The notes under the pieces are model-generated. The model was given only the letters and a program-made list of their open reading frames with translations. It had not been told where the DNA came from and made no database searches. Source: a virus. From it: DNA of 64,000 nucleotides. The stretch lies in IMG/VR virus record IMGVR_UViG_3300037010_002844, positions 64,001 through 128,000 of that record; one strand, 5' to 3'. Of this stretch, positions 26,092 to 35,988 are shown in pieces. The translations under genes were made by a program, and so were the position numbers. Positions within the stretch are counted from its first letter, which is position 1; every line of letters begins with the position of its first letter.

Positions 26092-26319
26092 TCAGTGACG
26101 GCGGAAGCCACTGTGAGGATGTCCATACCCAGGATGCGGGTACCAGCGCCTGTAACCCGAATGCCAAGTGTAGTAGACGCCCATATGATAGTAGACGCCA
26201 GGACTCACGTAAATCGCGCCGGGCGGATAATCGTAGTACGCAACTGGATAGCCACCGTGGCCCACCACGCAACCGCTGAGTCCGAGCGCCAGGATCAGCG
26301 CTGCCAACAACTTCTTCAT
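26092..26319 (-). CDS. small lipoprotein (75 aa) with a Tyr/Gly/Pro/His-rich mature domain
   Basis: Signal peptide plus lipobox MKKLLAALILALGLSG|C, then YPVAYYDYPPGAIYVSPGVYYHMGVYYTWHSGYRRWYPHPGYGHPH. Confidence 0.6.
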   Translation of the reverse strand: MKKLLAALILALGLSGCVVGHGGYPVAYYDYPPGAIYVSPGVYYHMGVYYTWHSGYRRWYPHPGYGHPHSGFRRH

Positions 26320-26320
26320 G

Positions 26321-26875
26321 TTAGACTCCGGTGGCGATTCGCTGTTTCAGCAGGTAAACGTGGCCCTCGTGCTTGTCCTCGATGCCAGCGATCAAATTGT
26401 CGAGGCCACGCGTCAAGGTGCCAGCCTCCTTCATGGAGTCGACCAGATTCTTGACGACAACGAGAAAGTTCATTTCAGCCAGTAGGCTGCGCTTGGCCAG
26501 CTCCGTCGGCTGTGGGATCATTTGCGACATCCCGTAACCCTGCACGAGTCGCATGATCTGCGACGTCTGCAACGCCAAGTTGACATTCTCCGTCGTGCCC
26601 AGGCCAACTGCCTTTTCAGCGATCGAGTCGACCTCTTCAACGACGGCAGTGTACAGCCTGTCGAACAACAGATGATCACCGTAGAACAAATCACCCTTCG
26701 AGGTCCAGTGATGATTCTGGTGAACCATCGCTAGAAACTTCAGGTGGACCAGCAACACCGAAAGCTGCGGGTAGGGCAGCGCGCCCCACTCTGAACACAT
26801 GTTGTCGAGGACGATTGAGACGTTCGGGTCTGAGACGACCACCTGCACCTCAAGTGTTTCTGCGAGGCGCCTCAT
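26321..26875 (-). CDS. Dps-like (ferritin-fold) DNA-protection protein
   Basis: HQNHHWTSKGDLFYGDHLLFDRLY...VDSIAEKAVGLG, matching the Dps ferroxidase-site pattern (H.NHHW..G..F..H..F...Y......D.IAER...LGG). Confidence 0.7.
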   Translation of the reverse strand: MRRLAETLEVQVVVSDPNVSIVLDNMCSEWGALPYPQLSVLLVHLKFLAMVHQNHHWTSKGDLFYGDHLLFDRLYTAVVEEVDSIAEKAVGLGTTENVNLALQTSQIMRLVQGYGMSQMIPQPTELAKRSLLAEMNFLVVVKNLVDSMKEAGTLTRGLDNLIAGIEDKHEGHVYLLKQRIATGV

Positions 26876-26879
26876 CGTC

Positions 26880-28031
26880 TCACCTCAACTCAGCGTTGAA
26901 CGAAATCATTCCTGCCTTAGTAGGATTTGTCGACCAGTTGATCCTGACGGGCTCGCCGTTCATCGCTTGAAGCATGTTCCAGTTCTTGACGTAGAGGTCG
27001 AGGGCACGTTCCGCCAACCGCGAGACGTTGCCGTTGCCAGGCACTCGGGCCAAGCATGGGATCTTGATATCACCCGAGAGTCCTTCCGTAACGCGAAACT
27101 TGCGTAGCGACTTGGGCATCACTGACTCGCGGACATTGAACAGCTTGTTGGCCTGCTTGACGTACTCTGCGGCCGAGACGTCTGAGTGCAGCAGCGTTTC
27201 CAACGGGTCAACCGCTTCTGAGAAGAGCTGCGGCAGCTCAGGCTCGAGGCCTTCACGAAGTGACTGGGCGATCTCCTTCAACGCATAGCGTTCCAGAGTC
27301 CGATCGTCCTTCTCCTTAAGCTGCTTCATGATCTCTTTGTAGAGCTTCTTCTCGTCGATTTCCACGCCTGACGTGGCTTTCGACGAAGCACAGAACCTGT
27401 GAACGACAGGCTCTTCCCATTGTCCTTCGATATTGCCGCCATAGTCCTGAATGAACTTGTGTGCCGTTGTCTCGTACCAGGCGTCGCTCAGGCCCTCGTC
27501 AGTGGCCGCGCCGTCCTGTTTGACGGTGTCGCCCAACGGTTCTTCGCCGTACATGTCAAACGGTTCGTCTTTCTTGTCGGGAGTGGCCAGGCCGGCCTCT
27601 GTCAACTTCTTGTCGTGGAAGATGACACGAAGTGCATCGTCATTGGGCGTGCGCTTCAGCATCTCCTTGACCAGGCTCGCAGGCAACCGGCGAGCGACTG
27701 CGTGACGAACAGCGGCGCTCTTGTCACCGCGCATCCGAGCAACGTACCGCTCCGGCAGCGTCCTGGCCGCAAGCACGCGGGCCTCGACTGACGCGCTATC
27801 AGCGAACTTCAACATCACAGCAGGTTTGAAGTTGATCTGTGACTCACGGCCAGTTCGCTCCAGCACGCTGATCCGATCGTTGGCGCCCTCGGCCAGCTGG
27901 TCCAACTTGACGTTCGTCAGAACGGATGGACCTAGCACCCGGGACACTTCCTGACGGAGGGCATCGACAGCCTTTTCTTCGGCCAAGGTCCGATCGACGA
28001 CCCTCTGTAGCTCTTGCAGCCTCAATCGCAT
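26880..28031 (-). CDS. hypothetical protein (383 aa)
   Basis: ORF with coding-like composition. Confidence 0.5.
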   Translation of the reverse strand: MRLRLQELQRVVDRTLAEEKAVDALRQEVSRVLGPSVLTNVKLDQLAEGANDRISVLERTGRESQINFKPAVMLKFADSASVEARVLAARTLPERYVARMRGDKSAAVRHAVARRLPASLVKEMLKRTPNDDALRVIFHDKKLTEAGLATPDKKDEPFDMYGEEPLGDTVKQDGAATDEGLSDAWYETTAHKFIQDYGGNIEGQWEEPVVHRFCASSKATSGVEIDEKKLYKEIMKQLKEKDDRTLERYALKEIAQSLREGLEPELPQLFSEAVDPLETLLHSDVSAAEYVKQANKLFNVRESVMPKSLRKFRVTEGLSGDIKIPCLARVPGNGNVSRLAERALDLYVKNWNMLQAMNGEPVRINWSTNPTKAGMISFNAELR

Positions 28032-28067
28032 GAAGTGACTCCTACGCTCTAAGTATTGTACACAATC

Positions 28068-28319
28068 TCAACGCGAGCGTTTGCGGCCATCGAGCCCCAT
28101 GGCCACCATCCACTTTTTGATGGCGTCCTTGATATCATCAGGCACGTATACGCTGCGCTCGGCGTAAACAGGATCGTCGACCAGCAACTGGTCGTACGTC
28201 TCCTCAGGCTGCGAGCCTCCCCAACAGTCACGTGCTTCGCACAACCGCTTAAACTCCTCGCGGATCGACCGCCGGAGTTGTCCGACAGTGATCCGCGAGA
28301 TTCGCTTGTCGTTACTCAC
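28068..28319 (-). CDS. hypothetical small protein (83 aa)
   Basis: ORF. Confidence 0.4.
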   Translation of the reverse strand: MSNDKRISRITVGQLRRSIREEFKRLCEARDCWGGSQPEETYDQLLVDDPVYAERSVYVPDDIKDAIKKWMVAMGLDGRKRSR

Positions 28320-28332
28320 GAAGAGTAACTAT

Positions 28333-28908
28333 TCAGCCTTGAGGAAGGAACATCTCCCAATCGGGATGCCAATCATTGCCCTTTGCGACGTCCCAGAAGT
28401 GCAATGGAGACGGCTCCATTGGAGCCTTTCGCAAAGGCATGCCGGCCTCGACGGGCGTCTTGTTGGCCTTCTTCTTGTTGCATGGTTTACAAGAAGCCAC
28501 GCAATTCTTCCAACTCGTCCCGCCGCCACGCGACTTGGGCTGCACGTGGTCGATCGTCACATTGCTCCAGTGAAGCGGCGCATGACAGTACTGACACTGC
28601 CAATTGTCGCGGTTGAAGAGGACCTTCTTCCGGAAACGCGGAACCTTCCAGCGCTTGTGAACGCGCTCAAGAACGCGGATCGTGGCAGGCACGTCCCAAG
28701 TACGTCCAGGACTCGTCAGCTGTTCACCTTCCCAGATGGAAGGCTTACCACTGAGATCGACGATCTCGGCGATGCCCTTGTAGACCATGATAAATGCTTC
28801 CACGTCCGATAGGAAATGGAGCGGCGAGTAGTCGGCGTTGAGTAGAAGGGCTCTCTTCATGAGAAACCTCGTAGGACCACTATAACTAGTCGTGACCAAG
28901 AATTGCAT
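28333..28908 (-). CDS. HNH endonuclease
   Basis: CQYCHAPL...TIDHVQPKSRGGGTSWKNCVASCKPCNKKKANK (C..CH...DH...N..C..CN motif). Confidence 0.8.
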   Translation of the reverse strand: MQFLVTTSYSGPTRFLMKRALLLNADYSPLHFLSDVEAFIMVYKGIAEIVDLSGKPSIWEGEQLTSPGRTWDVPATIRVLERVHKRWKVPRFRKKVLFNRDNWQCQYCHAPLHWSNVTIDHVQPKSRGGGTSWKNCVASCKPCNKKKANKTPVEAGMPLRKAPMEPSPLHFWDVAKGNDWHPDWEMFLPQG

Positions 28909-28961
28909 CGTCCGTGCTCTTTGTTGAGCACTGAACGATTCAACAGCGATTTACGCAGGCC

Positions 28962-29933
28962 TTAGCGCGCCATCGCAAAGTCGAAGCTGACGTGTCCAAC
29001 GTCAGCATCAATCTCACACTGCGCGCCGATCGGTACCGGCCCGGTCAGCGGCCCATGTGAGAATGGGTAACCATACGTGCAGGGAGGACCATTTCGAAAG
29101 TACTCCTCGATCGAGTTTTCAATGGACGGTTCACGTTCCTCAGTCCGCTTAGGGACCTCGGCAAATTCTCCGATGACGATGCCATTGACCATGTTCAACA
29201 TGCCCGAAAGACGCATGTGAAGGAACTCGCGGCCGAGAATCTCACCGCTCTTGTGGACGTCTTCGATGAAAAGGATCGTGCCCGTAAGTTCAGGCATGTA
29301 CGGCGTCCCGAGCAGGTGCACGAAGGTGTCAGCGTTTCCACCAATCACGTTACCAGTGGCCTTGCCAGGGCACACGGTCCTCGGAAAATATTCAGAAAAA
29401 TCAAAGGGTTGAGTTCCCCAAGGCTCGTCAGACATCATCAGGCGCAACGTCAATCGAAACGAGTCGGAATCGGCTCGGCGAATGGCCTCGCCCTTATCGA
29501 GACGAATCGACGGCGATTGACCGTTGATAGAGATGAGCCCGGCACGGGCCAGGATGCCCGCATTCAACGCCGTGATGTCAGACATGCCCAACAGGGCCTT
29601 TCTCGAGGCTCGAATCATTCGATAGTCGAGATAGGGAAGGATTGCAGCTGAACCCATGCCGCCGCAAACGGCGAGCACGCCGTTGATGCTTGGGTCCGAA
29701 AATGCCCAATTGAGCTCTGCGGCGCGATCTGCAAGACTGCCCGCGTGGATGTTGTCGCTGCGTAGGTTGCGAACGCAGGGACCCAAGACAGGAACGAGTC
29801 CCATCTCACGCATGATATCCATGCCCTCCGTCACCTCATCCGTCTTGAACGGCGAGGCCGGAGCCACTAGCGCGATCTTGGCGCCTCTACGCAGTTTCCG
29901 GGGCGTCAGGTACATCGACTTTAAGTATGTCAA
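28962..29933 (-). CDS. LD-carboxypeptidase (peptidase S66; LdcA/MccF-like)
   Basis: AKIALVAPASP...SDPSINGVLAVCGGMGSAAILPYLDY...GMSDITALNAGI. This matches the S66 pattern (.I.IvAPSs..........dP.V.AI.c.rGGYGa.RlL..lD......GySDiTaL). Confidence 0.75.
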   Translation of the reverse strand: MTYLKSMYLTPRKLRRGAKIALVAPASPFKTDEVTEGMDIMREMGLVPVLGPCVRNLRSDNIHAGSLADRAAELNWAFSDPSINGVLAVCGGMGSAAILPYLDYRMIRASRKALLGMSDITALNAGILARAGLISINGQSPSIRLDKGEAIRRADSDSFRLTLRLMMSDEPWGTQPFDFSEYFPRTVCPGKATGNVIGGNADTFVHLLGTPYMPELTGTILFIEDVHKSGEILGREFLHMRLSGMLNMVNGIVIGEFAEVPKRTEEREPSIENSIEEYFRNGPPCTYGYPFSHGPLTGPVPIGAQCEIDADVGHVSFDFAMAR

Positions 29934-29937
29934 AACA

Positions 29938-31098
29938 TCAATTCAAATCCGTCTCGACCTGTGACTTGGGATTCGTAAGCTTCTCAATTGTCGGCTGCAG
30001 CGACGCCGAGGTCCGCCTGTACAATTCCTTCATCGGGTAATTGTAGGCCTCAGGCGGGTAGTACATGCTGAGTTTCATCAGGTTTTCAGACGAGAAGCAT
30101 CGCATGATCGGATGCAGGTAGTTGAAGATGAAATCGTATGGCTTCCGCGGCGGTGCATTCTCACGGTAAACCGGAGCATAACCGCCGGCCTCGATATCCT
30201 GGATCACCTGATCGATGTTGTCGTTCAACATCTGCAGGCTAGCGGGCGTCAGGCCGTTGTCGTACCCGTGCTTCTTGACCCACTTGGCCAACCGTGACAT
30301 CATGTAGTTTTGCTTCCAGGTGTGAATGTGAATCATCTTGTTCTGGAAGAGCCACTCCCACCCCTCGGGAATGAAAAGTTGGTCATTGACGATGTAACAG
30401 GCGGCGTTGTAAATGTCAAAGCCGTCCACGATCTCTTCTGGAGATCCGAGGAACTTGGTAATCGTCTGCACCAACTGCCCATCCAATCCGCCCTGAGCAA
30501 AGCAGATGAACTCTTCACCAAAGCCGGCTGGGGTGATGTTGTTGACGATGCGTGCAGGCTCGAGGTATTGCGGCGACTGCTTGACCTCGAACAGGAATGT
30601 CTCCAGGCAGTAGCGATTCCGGAACCAGACATCGATGTCACCCATGTTCTTCTTCCAGAAGTGCCTTGTCTGGTGAATGTTGTTGAAGTCGAGCCCGGCT
30701 GAGCCCATCCCGATGCCCATGTAACGCTTCAACTCATTGATGACTGGTCGCTCGGACATCTCGTATGTCTCGATGGGTCGATCGTACCATTGGCACGAAG
30801 ACACTAGGGACTTCTCGCTTGCCGCGACCTTGAGGTAACTGAACGGATCATCTGTACCAAGGTGGACTGCGGCCCGCTTAATGCCCGCCGCGATCAACTC
30901 TTTGTTGGTCTTCAACCAGTGCTCTGGTCCACCATGAACCAGCTGCATCGAGGCGATCTTAGTCGCAAATCCACCAGCAATGAAGCCACCGTGCTCGTGC
31001 ACCTTGCCCAACAGCCAACTCGTGCGTTCATTCAGAACGCCTGCGTTATAGAGCAGTTCGACGATCGGCGCTTTGAACGTCAAGGCATGGTGTTGCAT
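29938..31098 (-). CDS. hypothetical protein (386 aa)
   Basis: ORF. Confidence 0.5.
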   Translation of the reverse strand: MQHHALTFKAPIVELLYNAGVLNERTSWLLGKVHEHGGFIAGGFATKIASMQLVHGGPEHWLKTNKELIAAGIKRAAVHLGTDDPFSYLKVAASEKSLVSSCQWYDRPIETYEMSERPVINELKRYMGIGMGSAGLDFNNIHQTRHFWKKNMGDIDVWFRNRYCLETFLFEVKQSPQYLEPARIVNNITPAGFGEEFICFAQGGLDGQLVQTITKFLGSPEEIVDGFDIYNAACYIVNDQLFIPEGWEWLFQNKMIHIHTWKQNYMMSRLAKWVKKHGYDNGLTPASLQMLNDNIDQVIQDIEAGGYAPVYRENAPPRKPYDFIFNYLHPIMRCFSSENLMKLSMYYPPEAYNYPMKELYRRTSASLQPTIEKLTNPKSQVETDLN

Positions 31099-31124
31099 GC
31101 CTACATACTACCAAGCTTTATACT
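31099..31124 (-). promoter_or_regulatory. AT-rich intergenic spacer upstream of 29938..31098; possible promoter (weak)
   Basis: Minus-strand ctatatTTGTACttaaagTATAAAgcttggTAGTATgtaggcATG; no clean -35/-10 spacing. Confidence 0.15.
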
Positions 31125-31907
31125 TTAAGTACAAATATAGTGGACACTCAACGCATCTAGCCGAGCCTTTGTTATTGCGATTGCCTGCGGGTTGGCATCA
31201 CCTACTACGAACTGACGACCAAGACCCGCGCTCGCCACGGCAGTTGTTCCCGATCCGCAGAAAGGATCGAGGACTGTTCCTTCCGGCGGTGAAGACGCCA
31301 GAATCGCTCGCTCGATCAACTTGACGGGTTTCTGATTTGGATAACCCGTGCGTTCCTTGGACGCGGTTCCCACGATCGACATCCACCACACGTCGGTCGG
31401 CACCTTTCCAGCAGCGGCCCGTGCCGGGTCCTTCTGAAGCCCCGGTGCCATGTACGGAATGCGATCGATGTCGTTCCAATTGAAGACGTGCTTGCCACGT
31501 TCCTTGGCATAGACCAGGATCGTATCATGTTTAGCGGGCCAGCGATCCTTGCCGCGGCCTCCGAAATCATAGGCCCAGATGACCTCGTTCAGGAAGTTAT
31601 CCCGCGTGAAGATCTTATCGAGCTCCACCTTGGCATAATGAACCCAACGAGGGTCCAGGTGCAAGTAGAGAGTTCCTGTCGGTTTCAAGACCCTGTGTAG
31701 GGCCGCCAGATGAGGCACGAGAAAACCCACGTAATCCTCAAACCTGTCACTATAGCCCATTTCCGGGAATACTTGATCGCCCACGCGTCTTTGAGCCCGC
31801 TGGACGGTGCCGGTTCCAAAAGGTGGATCGGTATAGACCAGATCGATGCTCTCCTCGGGCAGCGACTGGATCACAGAAAAGGCATCGGCCAGATGAACAC
31901 TGTTCAC
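31125..31907 (-). CDS. DNA N6-adenine/N4-cytosine methyltransferase (beta class: DPPF then FxGxG)
   Basis: IDLVYTDPPFGTG ... DPFCGSGTTAVAS. Confidence 0.85.
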   Translation of the reverse strand: MNSVHLADAFSVIQSLPEESIDLVYTDPPFGTGTVQRAQRRVGDQVFPEMGYSDRFEDYVGFLVPHLAALHRVLKPTGTLYLHLDPRWVHYAKVELDKIFTRDNFLNEVIWAYDFGGRGKDRWPAKHDTILVYAKERGKHVFNWNDIDRIPYMAPGLQKDPARAAAGKVPTDVWWMSIVGTASKERTGYPNQKPVKLIERAILASSPPEGTVLDPFCGSGTTAVASAGLGRQFVVGDANPQAIAITKARLDALSVHYICT

Positions 31908-32314
31908 TGGCCGATCTTACTACGATGACGTCGCCATGATAGGTCGCATTGAGAGTAGCATCACCCTCTATCGTAGCCCCAGCGACTTTGGTCTTTGCCA
32001 TCGAGAGCATCGAGCAGCATGTCGACCTTTTCAGTTCGGCCTCAAGGACCCGCAATGGCTTCAGTCGCTCGAGCAGATCCTTCTTTTGGCGAGGAGGAAG
32101 TCCCTGGTTGATATTGGATCCACGTTGGCATCAGCGATATTGATCGCCTTCGCGGTCGTAGGGTTGACCGGCGGCTTCCGGGAAGGTGACGGTGATCTGT
32201 TTAGCTTCGTACACCTGGTTGGGGTTTGACTTGATGATCACCGTCACCTCAACTTCGCATGTGACCTCTAGCTTGTGATGGTTGGCGGCCCACTCTCAGT
32301 GGGCCTCGACCACC

Positions 32315-32623
32315 TCATCGCGAGTCAGCTTCACGATCACTGCGCCCCAGCTGCTCCAGGCGGTGCTTGATGTGATCAATGGCGTTCACGGCCTGCTCAT
32401 CATCGCGGCCAGCTGCGATCAAACGTCTGACCATCTTCGCCGTCTTCTCGGGCTTCCACTTGCGAGTGATCTTGCGCTTCATCAGCGCCTCCAATCGAGC
32501 TCGACGTGGGCCAGCGTAGGCGTGCTGGTTCTCGAACGTCTTGAGAACCTTCTTGAGGTGCTCAGCATTCTCTTCGATTTCCTTGACTTCTTCTTCCGTG
32601 ACGGGTGCTGTCTTGGTATCCAT
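32315..32623 (-). CDS. small hypothetical protein (102 aa) between the two MTases
   Basis: Charged, helical-looking ORF. Confidence 0.4.
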   Translation of the reverse strand: MDTKTAPVTEEEVKEIEENAEHLKKVLKTFENQHAYAGPRRARLEALMKRKITRKWKPEKTAKMVRRLIAAGRDDEQAVNAIDHIKHRLEQLGRSDREADSR

Positions 32624-32635
32624 GTGTCCTCTGCT

Positions 32636-33427
32636 TCAGGATACAACGGGCGGTGGCTCGTTTACACGGAGGCGTTTCACCATGTCATCAAAGATCGTTG
32701 GGTCACTTTCGACCAACGCGAACCTACGACCGAGCTTTCGCGCCGCGAAGCCCGTGACGCCTGAGCCCGCGAAGGGATCGATGATCCACTCGCCTGGGTC
32801 TGTGTGAACCTCAATCATGACCTCGTGAAGGCGTTGAACCTTCTCCGTCGGGTGGACCTTGCCCCGCATCAATTCTGTGATGTCAGTCCAGACGTTGGAG
32901 CGTCGATAGAACTCGCTTTTGGCCGGATACTTCGCATTGTAGCCCGCATAACCACGCTTCTCATCCAAGAGAGGCACATGGAACTTTCTAGGCTTCTTCA
33001 TGGGACCCTTGACGAAGTAAGCAAGCTCCTCGCGAGTAAAAAGGTAGTTCCACTGCACGCCGTAGGCACGGCGCTTCTTCCAGGTGATCAGGTTCGCCAG
33101 CTCAAATTGGTCCTTGATCTCCACGTCGCACAGGTAGCGCATGAACGGCCTGAAGCTCGGCTGCCCAATGCCACCCCAGACGTAGAACGCGCCCCCATCG
33201 TGAAGTGCGTGGGTCGTCCAACGCAGCGTCCAATCGATCATCCACGATGCAAATGCCTTATCGGATTGTTGAACGCGGTCCCACTTTTCACGGACCACGT
33301 TTCCGTATGGCGGATCCGCAATGATCAAACCGACCTTCCCGGTGGCCTCGACCGTCGCCAGGACGGTCACGAGGTCGGTACAGTCGGCTTGAATTGCTAG
33401 GCCGTCCGTGAACTTTTCGATTTTCAT
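32636..33427 (-). CDS. DNA N6-adenine/N4-cytosine methyltransferase (beta class: DPPY then FAGSG)
   Basis: GLIIADPPYGN ... DPFAGSGVTGFAA. Confidence 0.85.
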   Translation of the reverse strand: MKIEKFTDGLAIQADCTDLVTVLATVEATGKVGLIIADPPYGNVVREKWDRVQQSDKAFASWMIDWTLRWTTHALHDGGAFYVWGGIGQPSFRPFMRYLCDVEIKDQFELANLITWKKRRAYGVQWNYLFTREELAYFVKGPMKKPRKFHVPLLDEKRGYAGYNAKYPAKSEFYRRSNVWTDITELMRGKVHPTEKVQRLHEVMIEVHTDPGEWIIDPFAGSGVTGFAARKLGRRFALVESDPTIFDDMVKRLRVNEPPPVVS

Positions 33428-33681
33428 TTCATGATCCTCAATGTCTCTCTAATCTCGAACCGGGCCACCTCACGGCCGGCCTCGTAAGCATGGTCCAACA
33501 TGTGACAGATGACGTCCGCCGCAAGATCATGACGATCCTTATCGTCGTTCAGGCACTTGATAGCCCATTCGTTGTTGTGTTGTTGCAGATGAACGCTCGA
33601 ACCGTGCTGACTCAGTCCTGGGCCTTGGAAGACGTGCTGCTTCCCCGAGGCCGTGTGACTGTGCCTGAAGGTGTAGCTCAC
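33424..33681 (-). CDS. small hypothetical protein (85 aa)
   Basis: ORF. Confidence 0.35.
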   Translation of the reverse strand: MSYTFRHSHTASGKQHVFQGPGLSQHGSSVHLQQHNNEWAIKCLNDDKDRHDLAADVICHMLDHAYEAGREVARFEIRETLRIMK

Positions 33682-34526
33682 GGGACGTTGATGACCGTCT
33701 GAAGCTGCGGTTGGTAGTATTCAGCGCCGCCCACGTGAACAAACATGTTGTTCGTAATCTGCAGATCTGCTTTCCCGTGGGTGTGACCCGCGAAGACCTC
33801 AAAGCGAACCTTCGGGTAGGCCTGCGCGGCCTGCCTCAACATGTCGCCCATCATCTTCGACGTGTACCAAGGCTGGTGCGCCGCGTCGCCCTTCTGCCCC
33901 TCGAAGATATGCGATTCCTCGAAAGGTGGGAAGTGCGTTGCCACCAGGATGACCGTGTGGTAGCGAGCAGCTGCCTTGATGCCGTTCATCACGTGGGTCA
34001 CCCCCTCGTGAGCCAACTTCCGCGAGACCGAGATGATCTTGCTATAGTTGGGTGAACGGCCGCCGTACATCGACGCTGCGCCCATCGCGCCCTCGCTGAC
34101 GAAGTCACCGATCCGGTGCCAGTCCATCATGATGAACCGCGAGTTTCGAGCATCGCCGTAGAGGGCATCGTACCATCCATCGTGGCCCACCAATGCCGTC
34201 GCCGGCGAGAGCGCCACGTAAGGCGTGGTCGGCAGGTATCGCAGAAACTGCGACATATTGCTGACATCCTTCATCTCCTTGCGGACTGTCTCGGTAGTGC
34301 CACCGTAGTAATCGTGATTGCCCAAAACGTAGTAAACCGGACGGCCGACGACCTTCTCCACGGCCGACAAGTGATACGTCAGATCACGAGCGATCGAGAT
34401 GTCACCCGTCAGGAGGACGGCGTCAGGATTGTCCTTGATCAGCGCCTGGCCAAAAGCCACAAGAGCCCCCGGTCTTTCAGCGATGAAATCAAGGTGAACG
34501 TCAGTGGCCCATGCAAGCTTCGGCAT
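33678..34526 (-). CDS. calcineurin-like metallophosphoesterase
   Basis: ATDVHLDF...LTGDIS...VLGNHDYY (motifs I-III). Confidence 0.8.
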   Translation of the reverse strand: MPKLAWATDVHLDFIAERPGALVAFGQALIKDNPDAVLLTGDISIARDLTYHLSAVEKVVGRPVYYVLGNHDYYGGTTETVRKEMKDVSNMSQFLRYLPTTPYVALSPATALVGHDGWYDALYGDARNSRFIMMDWHRIGDFVSEGAMGAASMYGGRSPNYSKIISVSRKLAHEGVTHVMNGIKAAARYHTVILVATHFPPFEESHIFEGQKGDAAHQPWYTSKMMGDMLRQAAQAYPKVRFEVFAGHTHGKADLQITNNMFVHVGGAEYYQPQLQTVINVP

Positions 34527-34558
34527 GATCTTATTTTACTTCAAAGTGGGTTGTTGGA

Positions 34559-35104
34559 TCAGAGCTTGAAGCGACAGACATTGGCCACGTACTGTCGCAC
34601 GTCGTCGAACGTCTTTCCGTTCCCGTAACGTCTGCACAGGTGCGTCAGATACTGCGGGTACTTGCCGTTCTCCCACTTCTCCGCGTTCCAGGCGATGGCC
34701 CGATCAAGTTCCTCGAGGTCAGCCACGAGCAACAGCGAATAGTCAGCCGACTCGCAGACGTACTGCGCGACGGGGCCGGGGAGCAGTGCAAGCATCGACA
34801 GGTAGCAATCGCGGTAGTGCCGCGCATCGAACATGTAACACTCGTCGATGAATTGTTGGTCAGGGTCGCCAGTGTGCCCCGTCTTCAACCAACGTTCTGT
34901 GACGAGAGCTTGATCAGCCAACGTGCAGTAGATTCGAATGTCTGCGAACTTGACCTTGTGCTGGTAGACCATAATGGTCGACGTCCACGGTTGCGTCCCG
35001 TCAGTGTACCACGAGCCATTGCACCGCGGCACGGGATACCGCAGCGCGGCTCCGATGAACCGGGCCACATCGTTGAGGTTGGGTTCCTGCTTGTTCTTCA
35101 TCAC
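34559..35104 (-). CDS. hypothetical protein (181 aa)
   Basis: ORF. Confidence 0.45.
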   Translation of the reverse strand: MMKNKQEPNLNDVARFIGAALRYPVPRCNGSWYTDGTQPWTSTIMVYQHKVKFADIRIYCTLADQALVTERWLKTGHTGDPDQQFIDECYMFDARHYRDCYLSMLALLPGPVAQYVCESADYSLLLVADLEELDRAIAWNAEKWENGKYPQYLTHLCRRYGNGKTFDDVRQYVANVCRFKL

Positions 35105-35988
35105 GTGTCGCTCCTGAACATGTGCTCCAGCGCACCTGGAATCAGGCCGTTCTGCAAGATGGGTCTGTCGTGCCAGTGTTCGTCTTGCCCCGCGATGTGG
35201 CTGACGAAGTCGTCACGCACGAACTTGTAGCGGCCCTTCACGATACCGTCCTTCTCCCACTTGACGTAGAGGCCCTCCATCGTGGGACCGACGTAGTACT
35301 TCTTTCGCAGCTCTTCACATCTGGCGATCCACTCGTCCTGCTGGAACACGTAGTGTCCCCTCTTACCCAGGACGTTACACACAACAACAGCATCGTACCA
35401 CGAAGACTCGCACGACAGCAACGAGTCGTTGTGACGTGACTTTCCCTCGCTCACAAACGCAGACGGGCCGATCATAGACTTCAGCTCTTCGACGCCCGAC
35501 ACAAGGCCAGTTGCGATCACCCGCACAGGCACGATCCTGACGGGTGCAGACGTGCGTCTCAGCAACTCGTCACGGGCGGGTGTCGACAGGAACGTGTCGG
35601 TCTCCCTGTCGAAGACGTCGAACTCCATGAAGTAGTGTGGTAGCCTGTCGTACCAGATCGTGTGACAGGCGAACATCCACTCACCGTACATCACGTAGCG
35701 TTCGCCAAGCATCTCGTACAAACCCATCTCATGTGTCGCTGCCCACTGTTTCAACAGTTCGAACTGCTTTTCACGGGGACCTCCATGAAGGTAGTGCCCA
35801 CGCGACTGTAGCTTCATCTCACCGTCGACGAAGGAAATGCCGACGTTAGCACCGTCGATCTTCTCCTCGATGAGGAGGTGTTTGCCGGCGAGCTCCTCCC
35901 ACGGGACGGCCTCGAGGTCGTCGTCCCCATGTTGGAACCGCGAACCACGAATGTGTCTTGTGCGCGGGAACTTTTTCATCTCGCTCAT
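35101..35988 (-). CDS. ATP-dependent RNA ligase-like nucleotidyltransferase
   Basis: Ligase motif I EEKIDGANVGISF (KxDG); size and position next to Pnkp. Confidence 0.6.
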   Translation of the reverse strand: MSEMKKFPRTRHIRGSRFQHGDDDLEAVPWEELAGKHLLIEEKIDGANVGISFVDGEMKLQSRGHYLHGGPREKQFELLKQWAATHEMGLYEMLGERYVMYGEWMFACHTIWYDRLPHYFMEFDVFDRETDTFLSTPARDELLRRTSAPVRIVPVRVIATGLVSGVEELKSMIGPSAFVSEGKSRHNDSLLSCESSWYDAVVVCNVLGKRGHYVFQQDEWIARCEELRKKYYVGPTMEGLYVKWEKDGIVKGRYKFVRDDFVSHIAGQDEHWHDRPILQNGLIPGALEHMFRSDT

